This document shows positions 18,053-27,568 of a DNA stretch of 64,000 nucleotides, piece after piece. Within the stretch, counting starts at the first letter, position 1; the number at the start of each line of letters is the position of its first letter. The notes below the pieces were generated by a model. That model saw only the letters and a program-made list of their open reading frames with translations, did no database searches and was not told where the DNA came from. A program made the translations under genes and the position numbers. Location of the stretch: the IMG/VR virus record IMGVR_UViG_3300005289_000016, positions 62,001 to 126,000 of that record; one strand, written 5' to 3'.

Positions 18053-20944
18053 TTAGCTCAACCCGTAGTATGCCAACAGATTTTGTCTGGTCTTCTCGTT
18101 GGTGATTTCCTTCAGAGAAGCGTTCCACTCGATGACCTTGATGGAGCGGTCACGAGTAGCTGGGTCAGCGGTCTGCATCAGCACAGCGGTCATGTTGTTG
18201 AAGATGCGCAGGCCTTTTGGAGTGATGGTCATTTGACCCACACCAGTGTAGACCTTCTTCGGCGACATGATGCCGTTGCTGTTCTTGTGGAAGAAGTTCA
18301 GCAGCTCGGTCCAGCCCTGCACGAAGTCTTCACCGTCCAGACGCAGGACACGGTTGATGCAACGATCCAGCATGGTCTGGTATGGTGCAGCAAGGGCGCT
18401 GTTGTCAGCAGCCTTGTTGCGGCCATCCTCGTACGCCTTCAGGTCTTCGGTAACAAACAGAACGGTCATGGTCATGGATTCCTCAGTAATGGCACTGATA
18501 CGTTTCTTGATCGCATCAGCATCGAGCAGGGTAGTTACCCCAAAAAGATCAGCAGCACGCTTGATCATGACTTCAGGACTTGCAGTGATCGCAGGCATGA
18601 TCTGTCCACGGCACCAAGCCTTGATTTCACGACGGGTCCAATGCTTCACCGGACGTGCATCACGGTTACGGTCACGTATCCAGATACCCGATGGCGTAGC
18701 AGGGACTTGTCTGCCGGTTAGAACATACGATTTGGCATCCTCGCGGTACCAGAACAACGGAACACGGAAGCGCACGTAGATTTCGTCCCACAGGGCGTCC
18801 TCAGGTGCCTTCACGGTTTCGGTGATCTCACCACGCAACCATGCTTTCAATTCCGCATCACGCCATTCGATCGCTTGCTTGAGCGGTCGGGTCGGGTCGT
18901 TGATGAAGACGCCGTTCTCCAGCGACTTGGGTTTGGAGTTGGTCAGCAGGTACTGAACGCAATCTTCATCCGACCAGTGCGCAGGGCTCACGCCAAACTG
19001 CACATCAATCAAACGACGAACGCGGAGCATTGCATCGGAGATGGAGAAGTCAGCAGTAATCTCGCCAGCAGCCAGAGCACGCAGTTCCTTCCACGACCAG
19101 TTGGTGTATTCGTCCGAACACCTCATCCGATCTTCCACCAGCGTCCCGTCAGCCAACCGCTTAGGCGAAGAGCCATTGCGAATGTAGGCCAGCAAGTGGG
19201 CATTGGTCCAATGGATATCAATGCCGTACGCTTGGCGAGCTTGGACGAAGAGGCGCTCTTCTTCTGCTTTCTCAGCAGGAAGTTCACCTTTCAACCACGC
19301 ATCCAGTTGACGCTTGGACACGGGCTTGCCGGATTCGATCGGAGGAATCGTGTCGTCGGGCAGGATGCCTGTCACGATGTACTCCTTGACTTCTTCGTCG
19401 TTCAGGCGATCAGGGATCTTGAAGCGGTTACGAGCAGCCAGCAGGATACGATCAGCGTTCACCGTAGTGCGCACTTTACCGTCAGCCCATGCCCTCAGCT
19501 CTTCCTCTCTCCAATCCCCAGGGTGCATCTTGTCACGGATGCAGTCCTCGACCAGAACCCCTGTCTCAATGCCCTCAGGAAGCTCCTGAGAGACGACAAA
19601 GGCCTTGACCGCACTGTCAGACCAGTTGATGACGAAGGCACCCAGAGCGACTCGTAGAGCCGTAATGAGAGTCTCGTCCGTGGTGTTCAGGCTGTTAGGG
19701 ATTTCACCCCGAGCCCAACCAATGAGTTCAGCCAGAGTCCACTTGGACGCACTGAGCAAACGCCGACGATCGGTGTCTGCGATTACGACATCAGGTGTCC
19801 CAGCGACAAGTGCTTCATAGACCGGCGAACCTTCCGGCACCAGATCCGTCCAGAGCACCGCAGGCGGTTCCTCCACATCCGGTTCCGGCGTCTCCGGGCT
19901 ATGATCCTCATCGCTAGGTGCATCCGGTCCAGGTTCAGGTTCTTCAGGCTCGTCAACAGGTTCTCCGTCTTCTGGATCAGAGCCTGTCTCTGGCTCTCCT
20001 CCGCCGTCGACCGGGAGTTCGGGAGGAGTGGGTACTGGGGTTGGTTCATCTTCGTCTTCCTTGGGTGGGTCGAACGCAGGATGGCGACTCAGTAGTTCAT
20101 ACTGAGCCTCTTTGTCGTTGTCTTGTTCAGCCAACACCGTCAGCTGTTCGTCACTGTACTGTTTGTAGTTGATGTCAGGGTACACATCACGGATGACGTA
20201 ATCCTTGACCATGTCCTTGGTCCAGTAGCGGCCCACATTGAACAACTGAATGGCGCGTTCCAGTACGCGCTTATCCAGACGTTCGTTGTCGATCACCAAC
20301 TCGTCCAGCAACCACGCCTCAACTTCAGCCTCAGTCCACTGATCAATCGTCTTGGCTTTGCGGTTACGGTCATTGACCAGCAGGCCGTTGGAGGTCAGAG
20401 CGGGTTTGACCTTCGTGGTGATGTACGTGCAGAAGTCTTCCCACGTGATCCCGACAGGCAGGTCGAAACGCTCACTGGCTTCGTCGAGGATGTAGAGCTG
20501 GCTCTTCTCCGGCTCACCGAAATAGCCTGCACCAAGATCCGCCAACTCAGTGTCGTTCCACTTGCTTGCATCTTTGACCCAACGATCTGGATCATTGATG
20601 TAGTAACCGTTCGGGCTCTTCGCAGGAGGACGCTCAAACAGCAGCCAGTTGTACAGATCCTCCTCACCCCACTTGACCGCATCGCGATCATCAAGTACGG
20701 CCTTGCCACGAACAGCGTCGTAGAAGTCACCTGTGCCCGTGGTGTGGAAAGAATACAGTTCACCGTTGCCCAATGCGAACAATTCAGCCAGAGTCCAGTC
20801 CTTCAACTCCTTGGCTTCACGTTCCCCGTCAGTGACCCACAGTCCATTGGAGGACTTTGGCGGCTCACGACCGGTCTCCACATAGGCTTGGGTCTCTTGC
20901 TCCGTCCAGGCCTTGGGATAATTGCCGTTGTATTTGTCAGTCAT
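18053..20944 (-). CDS. 963-aa tandem-repeat protein (about 9 copies of a ~75-aa Trp-rich module, acidic Pro/Glu linker)
   Basis: Repeats of W..E...Y..TG..P....G....D..R......W...EL.AW..GE; co-transcribed with the virion RNAP beta' gene. Confidence 0.8.
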   Translation of the reverse strand: MTDKYNGNYPKAWTEQETQAYVETGREPPKSSNGLWVTDGEREAKELKDWTLAELFALGNGELYSFHTTGTGDFYDAVRGKAVLDDRDAVKWGEEDLYNWLLFERPPAKSPNGYYINDPDRWVKDASKWNDTELADLGAGYFGEPEKSQLYILDEASERFDLPVGITWEDFCTYITTKVKPALTSNGLLVNDRNRKAKTIDQWTEAEVEAWLLDELVIDNERLDKRVLERAIQLFNVGRYWTKDMVKDYVIRDVYPDINYKQYSDEQLTVLAEQDNDKEAQYELLSRHPAFDPPKEDEDEPTPVPTPPELPVDGGGEPETGSDPEDGEPVDEPEEPEPGPDAPSDEDHSPETPEPDVEEPPAVLWTDLVPEGSPVYEALVAGTPDVVIADTDRRRLLSASKWTLAELIGWARGEIPNSLNTTDETLITALRVALGAFVINWSDSAVKAFVVSQELPEGIETGVLVEDCIRDKMHPGDWREEELRAWADGKVRTTVNADRILLAARNRFKIPDRLNDEEVKEYIVTGILPDDTIPPIESGKPVSKRQLDAWLKGELPAEKAEEERLFVQARQAYGIDIHWTNAHLLAYIRNGSSPKRLADGTLVEDRMRCSDEYTNWSWKELRALAAGEITADFSISDAMLRVRRLIDVQFGVSPAHWSDEDCVQYLLTNSKPKSLENGVFINDPTRPLKQAIEWRDAELKAWLRGEITETVKAPEDALWDEIYVRFRVPLFWYREDAKSYVLTGRQVPATPSGIWIRDRNRDARPVKHWTRREIKAWCRGQIMPAITASPEVMIKRAADLFGVTTLLDADAIKKRISAITEESMTMTVLFVTEDLKAYEDGRNKAADNSALAAPYQTMLDRCINRVLRLDGEDFVQGWTELLNFFHKNSNGIMSPKKVYTGVGQMTITPKGLRIFNNMTAVLMQTADPATRDRSIKVIEWNASLKEITNEKTRQNLLAYYGLS

Positions 20945-20953
20945 GGGTCACCC

Positions 20954-22300
20954 TTAGGTAAATGCAGCCATCACATCGAGTTTGGCCGTCTTCAGTTCCT
21001 TGGCGTGAGCCGAGGCCATCATGATGTCCATGAACTTCGATGCAACGGAGGTACTTTCAGCACCGATAGCGAACGGAATGGCTGCCAGAGCATCGCCCAC
21101 GCACTTGGCACAGAAGTCGGTACCGCCCGTTTTGCAGAATTGAGGAGAACGGGTACGGATGGTCTTGCCTTCGAGACTCTTGGCACGGTCTTCGGTCAGT
21201 AGAGCGATGCCAGTGGACGTGATTTCCCACAATCCAGCGTAGTACTCGCCTTGACCTTTCTCGATAGTGCGTTCGATACCCAGCCGAGCACCGCAATCGT
21301 CCTCAGAAATGGCCACGTTCTGGAACACACGCATGAAGAACTTCACCGCTTCCCCGCCGAGCGCTGTCAGAGCACCCCGGTAGAAGGAACCTGCACGTGT
21401 GGAGTTGAACATCGCCACCAGTTTGTCGGTATCCCAACCTTCTTCCAGCGAGTTGACCACGAGTTCAGCGTTACCGCCCTCGTTAAAGCCCGCTTCAGGA
21501 CCGTGAATGAGGAACAAACGCTTACGTGCCGTACCCCAAGTCTTGTTCGACAGGAGGAAACCTTCAGACGGGTCGTCTTTGAGCCACGCTTTGTCTATGT
21601 CGATGAGTTCGTTCTGGATCTTAGCCACGACAACAGGGTCGTGGAGACGATCCGCGTGCTCCTCCAGCAGCTCTGCACGGCGCACACGCACCGCAGGGTC
21701 AGTCTGGAGCGACTTGGGTGTCAGTGTAGGGACGAAGACCTGTGTAAAGCCTGCCAGAGCACCTACGCAACGACCAAAGCGCATGTACATCTTCACTGGG
21801 ATCTGATCAGGACCAGGTTCGATACCCGAGATCTCAGGATCATCCACCAGTTTCTTGGCAATGATGCGTTCGATGTTGCCAATCTTCACCGGACCGACCT
21901 GATAGTCGATGCGATCATGGAAAGGTTCGACCAAAGCGATCCAGTTGAATAGCAAATCGCCAAACGTGGAGTCCACGGCAGCCTTGCAGTTCGGAATCAT
22001 GGCTGGAGTGACGTTAAGGTCATCACCTGGGTAGAACAACGGCGTCATAGCCACGGTATCTTGAATGGAGACCCACTCATTGCCACCCGAAGTCGGAACG
22101 TAGACCTCAGTGGACTCACGACCGTAGCGAATCGAGTACAAATCCCACGGTACTACGACGCCTTCGCCCATTTGCGACTCGGGAACCGGGCCTGTGAAGG
22201 ATTCCTGATCCCGTACCACCGAGAAAGCACTGATTACCCAGTCTTTCCGGCGGTATGCACCGGCTTGCAGTGCATCAATGTAAAAGTCAAGCTTCTTCAC
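20954..22300 (-). CDS. rpoC: Virion RNA polymerase beta' subunit, middle part (phiKZ gp80-like)
   Basis: EEGW..MFNSTRAGSFYRGALTALGG (bridge-helix region), ISEDDCG, RSPQFCK...FCAKCVG Zn site. Confidence 0.85.
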   Translation of the reverse strand: MKKLDFYIDALQAGAYRRKDWVISAFSVVRDQESFTGPVPESQMGEGVVVPWDLYSIRYGRESTEVYVPTSGGNEWVSIQDTVAMTPLFYPGDDLNVTPAMIPNCKAAVDSTFGDLLFNWIALVEPFHDRIDYQVGPVKIGNIERIIAKKLVDDPEISGIEPGPDQIPVKMYMRFGRCVGALAGFTQVFVPTLTPKSLQTDPAVRVRRAELLEEHADRLHDPVVVAKIQNELIDIDKAWLKDDPSEGFLLSNKTWGTARKRLFLIHGPEAGFNEGGNAELVVNSLEEGWDTDKLVAMFNSTRAGSFYRGALTALGGEAVKFFMRVFQNVAISEDDCGARLGIERTIEKGQGEYYAGLWEITSTGIALLTEDRAKSLEGKTIRTRSPQFCKTGGTDFCAKCVGDALAAIPFAIGAESTSVASKFMDIMMASAHAKELKTAKLDVMAAFT

Positions 22301-23133
22301 GGGGTATTCTCCGGCGGCAGCTCAGTCAAACGCTTGCTGACGCGCTTGTAAGCCTTCTGAACCATGAACGGGTCCTGGATAATGTTCTCTGCGAAGAACA
22401 TCACTTCGTCTTGCATGGCATCGCGTGGAGTCTTGGCCACGATGGCGATGGACAGGAGCTGATCAGCCAACTCTTCCGGTGGCAACTCTGCCAGACGGCC
22501 TTGAGATTGACGCACCAGCTCTTCAGCCGAACTACCGACCTCAGTACCAGACTGCAACGACTCCATACCGACCGTGAGTTTCTCACCCACGAGGCTCTGG
22601 TGGTGGTTGAGCAGTTGGACTGCTTCCTGGACGCCTTCTTCAGCCTTCTCGAGGTAGCTGAGGTTACGCTCAACGACTTCCCGGATGGCCACGATCACCG
22701 CACCATCACACCCAGTGACGTATTCCATCAATTCGACGGCATCGCACTGCATGTAGATGGCCAGAACCTCTTGCAAGGTCTCTTCTGAATCCTCACCTGC
22801 ATCCAAAGCAGCCAGATACTCTGAATCATTATCGCTAGGTGCAAAGACCAGACACTCCAGAATCATGGATAGTTTGTCCATGCTCAGAATGTCCAGATCC
22901 AACTCGATCTTCATCTGTTGGGTCAGGGCACGCACTTGGTCGTAGACGATCGAGATCGCTTCGTCGGCCAGAGTGATAGGTTCGCGGTTATTCGCATCCA
23001 TCCGCAATTGAATGATGCGCTCTTTGTACTGGACAGCTTGATGCTTCTCCAGTGCTGCACTGAGTGACACCATTCCACTGTAGATGGCAGGGTGCACAGT
23101 GTCCTGAAGAATGTCAGAGAGTTCTTGGAACAT
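22297..23133 (-). CDS. Probable virion structural protein (phiKZ gp79-like)
   Basis: 278 aa, upstream of and overlapping the gp80-like gene; assigned by synteny. Confidence 0.55.
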   Translation of the reverse strand: MFQELSDILQDTVHPAIYSGMVSLSAALEKHQAVQYKERIIQLRMDANNREPITLADEAISIVYDQVRALTQQMKIELDLDILSMDKLSMILECLVFAPSDNDSEYLAALDAGEDSEETLQEVLAIYMQCDAVELMEYVTGCDGAVIVAIREVVERNLSYLEKAEEGVQEAVQLLNHHQSLVGEKLTVGMESLQSGTEVGSSAEELVRQSQGRLAELPPEELADQLLSIAIVAKTPRDAMQDEVMFFAENIIQDPFMVQKAYKRVSKRLTELPPENTP

Positions 23134-23170
23134 TGTGATTTCCTAATAAAAAAAGTTTAGCCGACCTACT

Positions 23171-23614
23171 ATGAGTAAAGTACAAATAATTGGCCAGTCC
23201 ATTTTCCATATTACTGGGGTTCAAAAGATCATGTCCACACTGACGAAGAGCCAGGGTCTTCAAGCCCTGCACCAGCAGTCGCTGAAACTACTGCTGAGTC
23301 TTGCTAAATCCACTGTCGATGCTGCTCGCTACGACTGGACCCGTTCTCCTCACGGTAAACGTGTTGCAGAACTGACCCGCATCATCAAGCGTGATCTCGA
23401 AGAGATGAAGAAACGTCTCAATGGGATCAAGGCTAAGCACGACAAGGAGATCACCTCCGCCGTGCTGAATAATCCCAATCACCCTGTGCTTCTGAAAGCC
23501 GGTGGTGATTATTACGATTTCATTGACCAGACCACTTCGACCATTACTCCCCATTCCGGTGAGCTGATGGATCTGATTGCTGATCTGGTTCGTTCCGAAA
23601 AGCAGACGGCTTAA
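23171..23614 (+). CDS. Hypothetical helical protein
   Basis: Divergent from the gp79-like gene; start may be ATG 23230. Confidence 0.65.
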   Translation: MSKVQIIGQSIFHITGVQKIMSTLTKSQGLQALHQQSLKLLLSLAKSTVDAARYDWTRSPHGKRVAELTRIIKRDLEEMKKRLNGIKAKHDKEITSAVLNNPNHPVLLKAGGDYYDFIDQTTSTITPHSGELMDLIADLVRSEKQTA

Positions 23615-23627
23615 ATAAGGCAGAGTC

Positions 23628-25226
23628 ATGAGCGACGACCAGAAACCCCAGAATGAAGGAATGGACGAGGTAGAGTTGGATACGTCTAACCTGATCCCAA
23701 ACGTAGATGCTTCGGCTGAATCGTTTGCTCAGGCGACCCAACAAGCAGCGGCCACTGCTAAAGCACCTCAAGAAGCACATGTACCTGAAGTCACCATGGA
23801 AATCGAAGGGCTGTGGAATGAGTTCGACATCCCGAACACTCACGTCACCATGCCAGAACCGATGTTCAAGCGCCAAGCCATCGACCCGCGTCGTCCGGGT
23901 TTGGTAGCGTTGAAAGTCGGTATGGATGAGATGGGGATGATCATGGAACACCGTGGTCTGAACGAACTCTCCGACGAAAAGGCCAAGGCCCTGTCTCCTG
24001 AAGACAAGCGTCTGGTCAACCTGTCCCGTAGTCTGTCGGCCATCTGGCAAGACTTGTACTTCGACGGCATCGACAAAGAAGGCGACTGGCACAACACCGT
24101 GCTGCACAACGAAACCAAACTGGGTGCTGGTAAGGTCAAACCTGCCAACATGAAAGACCCGGTCATGGCAATCCGTGCTACCTTCGGCCAAGGCTCGATG
24201 GTACAGGTTCCGTTGTGGAACACTGGTCTGTGGATCACCTTCCGTGCTCCGACCATCCAGGCCCTGCTGGACTTCGAACAGAAGACCCGCATGGAGAAGA
24301 TGAACCTCGGTCGTTCCTCCAACGGCATGGTGTTCTCGGCAGTGGAAGTCTACACTGTTGAAACCTACATGCGCTTCGCTCTGGAGCACGTGGTCTCTGT
24401 GAACTATGCGTTCGAGACCGGTGAGACCGTGGACGAACTGTTGCAGGTCATTCGCAGCCGTGACTACCAGCAAGTGCTGTGGGGTCTGGCCTGTGCAATG
24501 TACCCAGACGGCTACCCACTGCGTCAGCCATGCGTGGCCGATCCAGACAAGTGCAAGCACGTCGACGAAGTACTGATCAACTTTGCTCGTATGGGCTTCG
24601 TGGATCGTTCGAAGATCTCGGCAAGCCAAGCACTGAAGATGGCTTCGCGTAACAGCAAGCGTGATGCCAAGTGGCTGGCTGAATACCAGGCCGAGTTCAC
24701 CTTCTTCGAGAAGCGTGTCGCACTGGGCAACAACCTGACGGCTGTTCTGCGCGTGGCTTCGCTGGGCGATCAGATCGACTCTGGCCACATCTGGGTCGAC
24801 GGTATCTCCAAGGCCACCAACGATGCGTTCGGTGCACGTCTGTCCGAGATGGACCGCGTCCGACACATCATGCGCAGTGGTGCGTTGACGAACCTGCGTC
24901 AGTACAGTCACTGGATCGCTCACTTCGAGCATGCGCTTGACCCCGATAGCGCCCCGGTGATCTACGATGACCTGGTCAACAAAGACCGTATCCTCGAGAT
25001 GCTGTCCGAAGACCCGGAAGTCGGTGACAAGTTCACCACCGAGATCCTTGACTGGATCAAGAAGTCGACTGTCTCGTACATCGGCTTGCCGAAAGTCAAG
25101 TGCCCGGCCTGCCAGAAGATGCCTGAGGACCAGACGCACCCGCACCTGATCCCCATCGACATCGGTTACGTTTTTTTCACCCTAGCCGCACTGAAGATCA
25201 GCCAAGTAGAAGGCGCGGCAGTCTAA
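23628..25226 (+). CDS. Conserved 532-aa protein with Cys motifs, possibly a baseplate-hub/tail assembly chaperone; slippery site near its 3' end
   Basis: CVADPDKCKH and CPACQK motifs; GTT TTT TTC at 25170-25178. Confidence 0.7.
   Translation: MSDDQKPQNEGMDEVELDTSNLIPNVDASAESFAQATQQAAATAKAPQEAHVPEVTMEIEGLWNEFDIPNTHVTMPEPMFKRQAIDPRRPGLVALKVGMDEMGMIMEHRGLNELSDEKAKALSPEDKRLVNLSRSLSAIWQDLYFDGIDKEGDWHNTVLHNETKLGAGKVKPANMKDPVMAIRATFGQGSMVQVPLWNTGLWITFRAPTIQALLDFEQKTRMEKMNLGRSSNGMVFSAVEVYTVETYMRFALEHVVSVNYAFETGETVDELLQVIRSRDYQQVLWGLACAMYPDGYPLRQPCVADPDKCKHVDEVLINFARMGFVDRSKISASQALKMASRNSKRDAKWLAEYQAEFTFFEKRVALGNNLTAVLRVASLGDQIDSGHIWVDGISKATNDAFGARLSEMDRVRHIMRSGALTNLRQYSHWIAHFEHALDPDSAPVIYDDLVNKDRILEMLSEDPEVGDKFTTEILDWIKKSTVSYIGLPKVKCPACQKMPEDQTHPHLIPIDIGYVFFTLAALKISQVEGAAV
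25172..25178 (+). other. Candidate -1 programmed ribosomal frameshift site T_TTT_TTC
   Basis: X_XXY_YYZ heptamer in frame. The -1 frame is open from TGA 25124-26 through ATG 25268 to the stop at 25678; hairpins lie downstream. Confidence 0.7.
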
Positions 25227-25267
25227 CCCTTCCGTTAGGCTACCATGCTGGCGATCGTCGCTTTGGG

Positions 25268-25678
25268 ATGGAGAAGCTGGAGAACAAAGAGGACATCACT
25301 GCCCTCGATGAAGTGTTGTCGAAGTTCGATGGGACTCTCGACAGCATTCCAGCCCAGATCATCATCACAGAGTGCTACGACGATTACTTCGGTGTTTACG
25401 AGCAAAGCTCCCAGGGCTCTAGTCCTTACGCTCTGGTTGCGATGCACGAGGCTGAAGACCTGGCATTGGTTGACCCGTTTGATGTGTACCTTGAACGATA
25501 CTTGGTCGCCAACGTACTCAAGTACACCGGGATGTCACTTGAAACATTCATGAAGATGCCCCGCGATCGTGCGGAAGCAGTCCTCAAGCGATGTGACAGC
25601 GTGTCGACGAAAGAAGACACAGAGGTCAGCAAGTTGATGAACGGTGTCCCGGGTCCTGCCGGTGGAAAGAAAAAGTAA
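25268..25678 (+). CDS. Small protein, probably the C-terminal extension of the upstream gene via -1 frameshift
   Basis: No obvious RBS before ATG 25268; the frame is open from the slippery site; KYTGMSLETFMKMP segment resembles tail-chaperone extensions. Confidence 0.7.
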   Translation: MEKLENKEDITALDEVLSKFDGTLDSIPAQIIITECYDDYFGVYEQSSQGSSPYALVAMHEAEDLALVDPFDVYLERYLVANVLKYTGMSLETFMKMPRDRAEAVLKRCDSVSTKEDTEVSKLMNGVPGPAGGKKK

Positions 25679-25680
25679 GG

Positions 25681-25702
25681 GGAGGGCTTCGGCCCTCCTT
25701 TT
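25681..25702 (+). terminator. Rho-independent terminator
   Basis: GGAGGGC-TTCG-GCCCTCC-TTTT. Confidence 0.85.
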
Positions 25703-25703
25703 A

Positions 25704-25730
25704 TTCGATTTGGTTAAGACGATACATTAT
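25704..25730 (+). promoter_or_regulatory. Putative phage early promoter TTCGA-N14-TACATTAT
   Basis: Exact consensus copy. Confidence 0.7.
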
Positions 25731-25756
25731 CAAGTTGTATACCAGAGGCCATCTCA

Positions 25757-26218
25757 ATGTCATTAACGATCGTGGAACAAGACCTGTTTGACGTCCCTGC
25801 CGACACCCGTGTGATCACGATCAATCTGGTCGGGGCAATGGGAGCCGGTGTGGCTCGAACTGCCCGTAACACGGTCCCAGGGCTTCACAAGCACTATCGC
25901 AAGATGTACCCAACGATTGAGCCAGGGAACATCATCACGTATAAACACGAAGACATGCGTTACCTGCTGGTGCCTACCAAACTGGACTGGAGAGATTCTT
26001 CTCCACGGAGTCTGGTGATTCATCACATCAACAAGTTAGCCGTCTTGGCCAGCCGGCACAGACTCGGACGCATTGTCTTACCACCATTAGGTTGCGGTCA
26101 TGGCGGGTTGAGTTGGGAAGACGATATTCAGTACGTCTACCGGGCTCTCTATCCGTTCATTGAAGCAGACATCACAGTCGCTCTAGGCGACAGCAGGAGA
26201 AAGAATGGAAGGTCCTAA
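25757..26218 (+). CDS. Macrodomain protein, DarG/Poa1p-like ADP-ribosylhydrolase
   Basis: INLVGAMGAGVA, LVPTKLDWR and LPPLGCGHGGLSW match the DarG-type macro motifs. Confidence 0.8.
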   Translation: MSLTIVEQDLFDVPADTRVITINLVGAMGAGVARTARNTVPGLHKHYRKMYPTIEPGNIITYKHEDMRYLLVPTKLDWRDSSPRSLVIHHINKLAVLASRHRLGRIVLPPLGCGHGGLSWEDDIQYVYRALYPFIEADITVALGDSRRKNGRS

Positions 26219-27098
26219 CTATTTCCGCACGGCGTATGAATTCCTTCATCGTGGGAACGTCAAACGAGTGCCCGGTAGTCCTGATCAAGTGGCGTTGCTG
26301 AAGAGTGCTCTTACTGCACCCAAGTTCGCCTTGCCTGAAGGTGGTCGAATCCTCGATAACAACCTACGCTGCCTGCCGAACGTCATTCGGTTGCCGTACC
26401 CGGTTGTGGTCCTCGAGTATTTCCACAATGAGAACTACCTAAAAGGGATTGCGGAAGAAGCCACCCGTGAAGGTATCCCAGACCGTGTCTTGCAGTTGAT
26501 GACTCATGGCATGTACACCCGGGACAAGATCATCGTCATTGCTAGCCAGCCTGTATCTGGAGGCCCTATCAGCGTTGGAGTGATCAGTCACATCCCTGCA
26601 CAGAAAGATTGGGTAGTGGCTCCGTTCATTTGCAGCATGCCTGCCGATAAGGGCGATATGCTCCAGCACCTCGAGTCAGGTCGTATCCCGACCGAATTGT
26701 TCTCCGAGACTAGCCTGAGCAAGGTGTGGTTCGAAAAGCTGTCGTCGGCTACCCTGACTGGTCCGGTTAAGGCCATCTGTGAGTTGTGTGAGGCCTTTGC
26801 ATTCAGCAACATCTCTGAACAGGAAATCCCTGCCAAGAAGATGACCTTCACCGAACAGCGCAAGAAGGCACTTCCTTACGACAGCTACCGTGTGCTGGTC
26901 GTCAACAAGAAAGAGCGCATCGTGTCTGCTGGTCGGACCGAGACTGGTCCGTGTGGAGAACGTCGTCAGAGCCGTGAGCACGACCGTCGTGGCCATGACC
27001 GGACTTATAAACGCTCTGGCAAGATCATCTGGATCAACCCCATGATTGTGAACGCCGGAGTGGGCGGACGCATCATCAAAGACTACCAACTGAAGTAA
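26205..27098 (+). CDS. Hypothetical phage protein with basic C-terminal REHDRRGH motif
   Basis: RLPYPVVVLEY and RQSREHDRRGHDRTYKRSGKIIWI, a pattern I recall from uncharacterised phage proteins. Confidence 0.7.
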   Translation: MEGPNYFRTAYEFLHRGNVKRVPGSPDQVALLKSALTAPKFALPEGGRILDNNLRCLPNVIRLPYPVVVLEYFHNENYLKGIAEEATREGIPDRVLQLMTHGMYTRDKIIVIASQPVSGGPISVGVISHIPAQKDWVVAPFICSMPADKGDMLQHLESGRIPTELFSETSLSKVWFEKLSSATLTGPVKAICELCEAFAFSNISEQEIPAKKMTFTEQRKKALPYDSYRVLVVNKKERIVSAGRTETGPCGERRQSREHDRRGHDRTYKRSGKIIWINPMIVNAGVGGRIIKDYQLK

Positions 27099-27113
27099 CC
27101 CTAGGAGAAACGC

Positions 27114-27542
27114 ATGACCCGTCTCGTTAACATCAGCAAGAACCGCCTGCAACAAGTCGACCCCAAGGCCCCTGTGATCTCGATCACCGACCGTTACAGC
27201 AACGGCGTAGCCATCCCCGGCAAGGACCAACGTCCGCTGCTGCAAGTGATGTTCTTCCCTCGTGACCATGCTCCAGAACTCGACCCGGAAGGTTGCATGA
27301 CCCAAGAGCGTGCAGAAGAGATCTTCAAGTTTGCTGAAGAGCAACGCGATGCCGGTGCTGAAGTGATCTACGTCCAGTGTGGTGAAGGCCGTATTCGTTC
27401 GTTCACCATCTGTGCCACCCTCGCACAACTCGATGGCTTCGAACACGACCATGCCAACAGCTGCATCAAGTCCGGCATTCTCGATCGTTACACCTACAAC
27501 ATCCTGGGTGACGAGCTGGACAAGCGTCTCCGGGCCGAGTAA
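27114..27542 (+). CDS. Cys-based (PTP/DSP-like) phosphatase
   Basis: CX5R motif VQCGEGRIRS; N-terminal VISITD. Confidence 0.7.
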   Translation: MTRLVNISKNRLQQVDPKAPVISITDRYSNGVAIPGKDQRPLLQVMFFPRDHAPELDPEGCMTQERAEEIFKFAEEQRDAGAEVIYVQCGEGRIRSFTICATLAQLDGFEHDHANSCIKSGILDRYTYNILGDELDKRLRAE

Positions 27543-27568
27543 AAAAGTCCGGTTTGGAAGTAGTCTAT

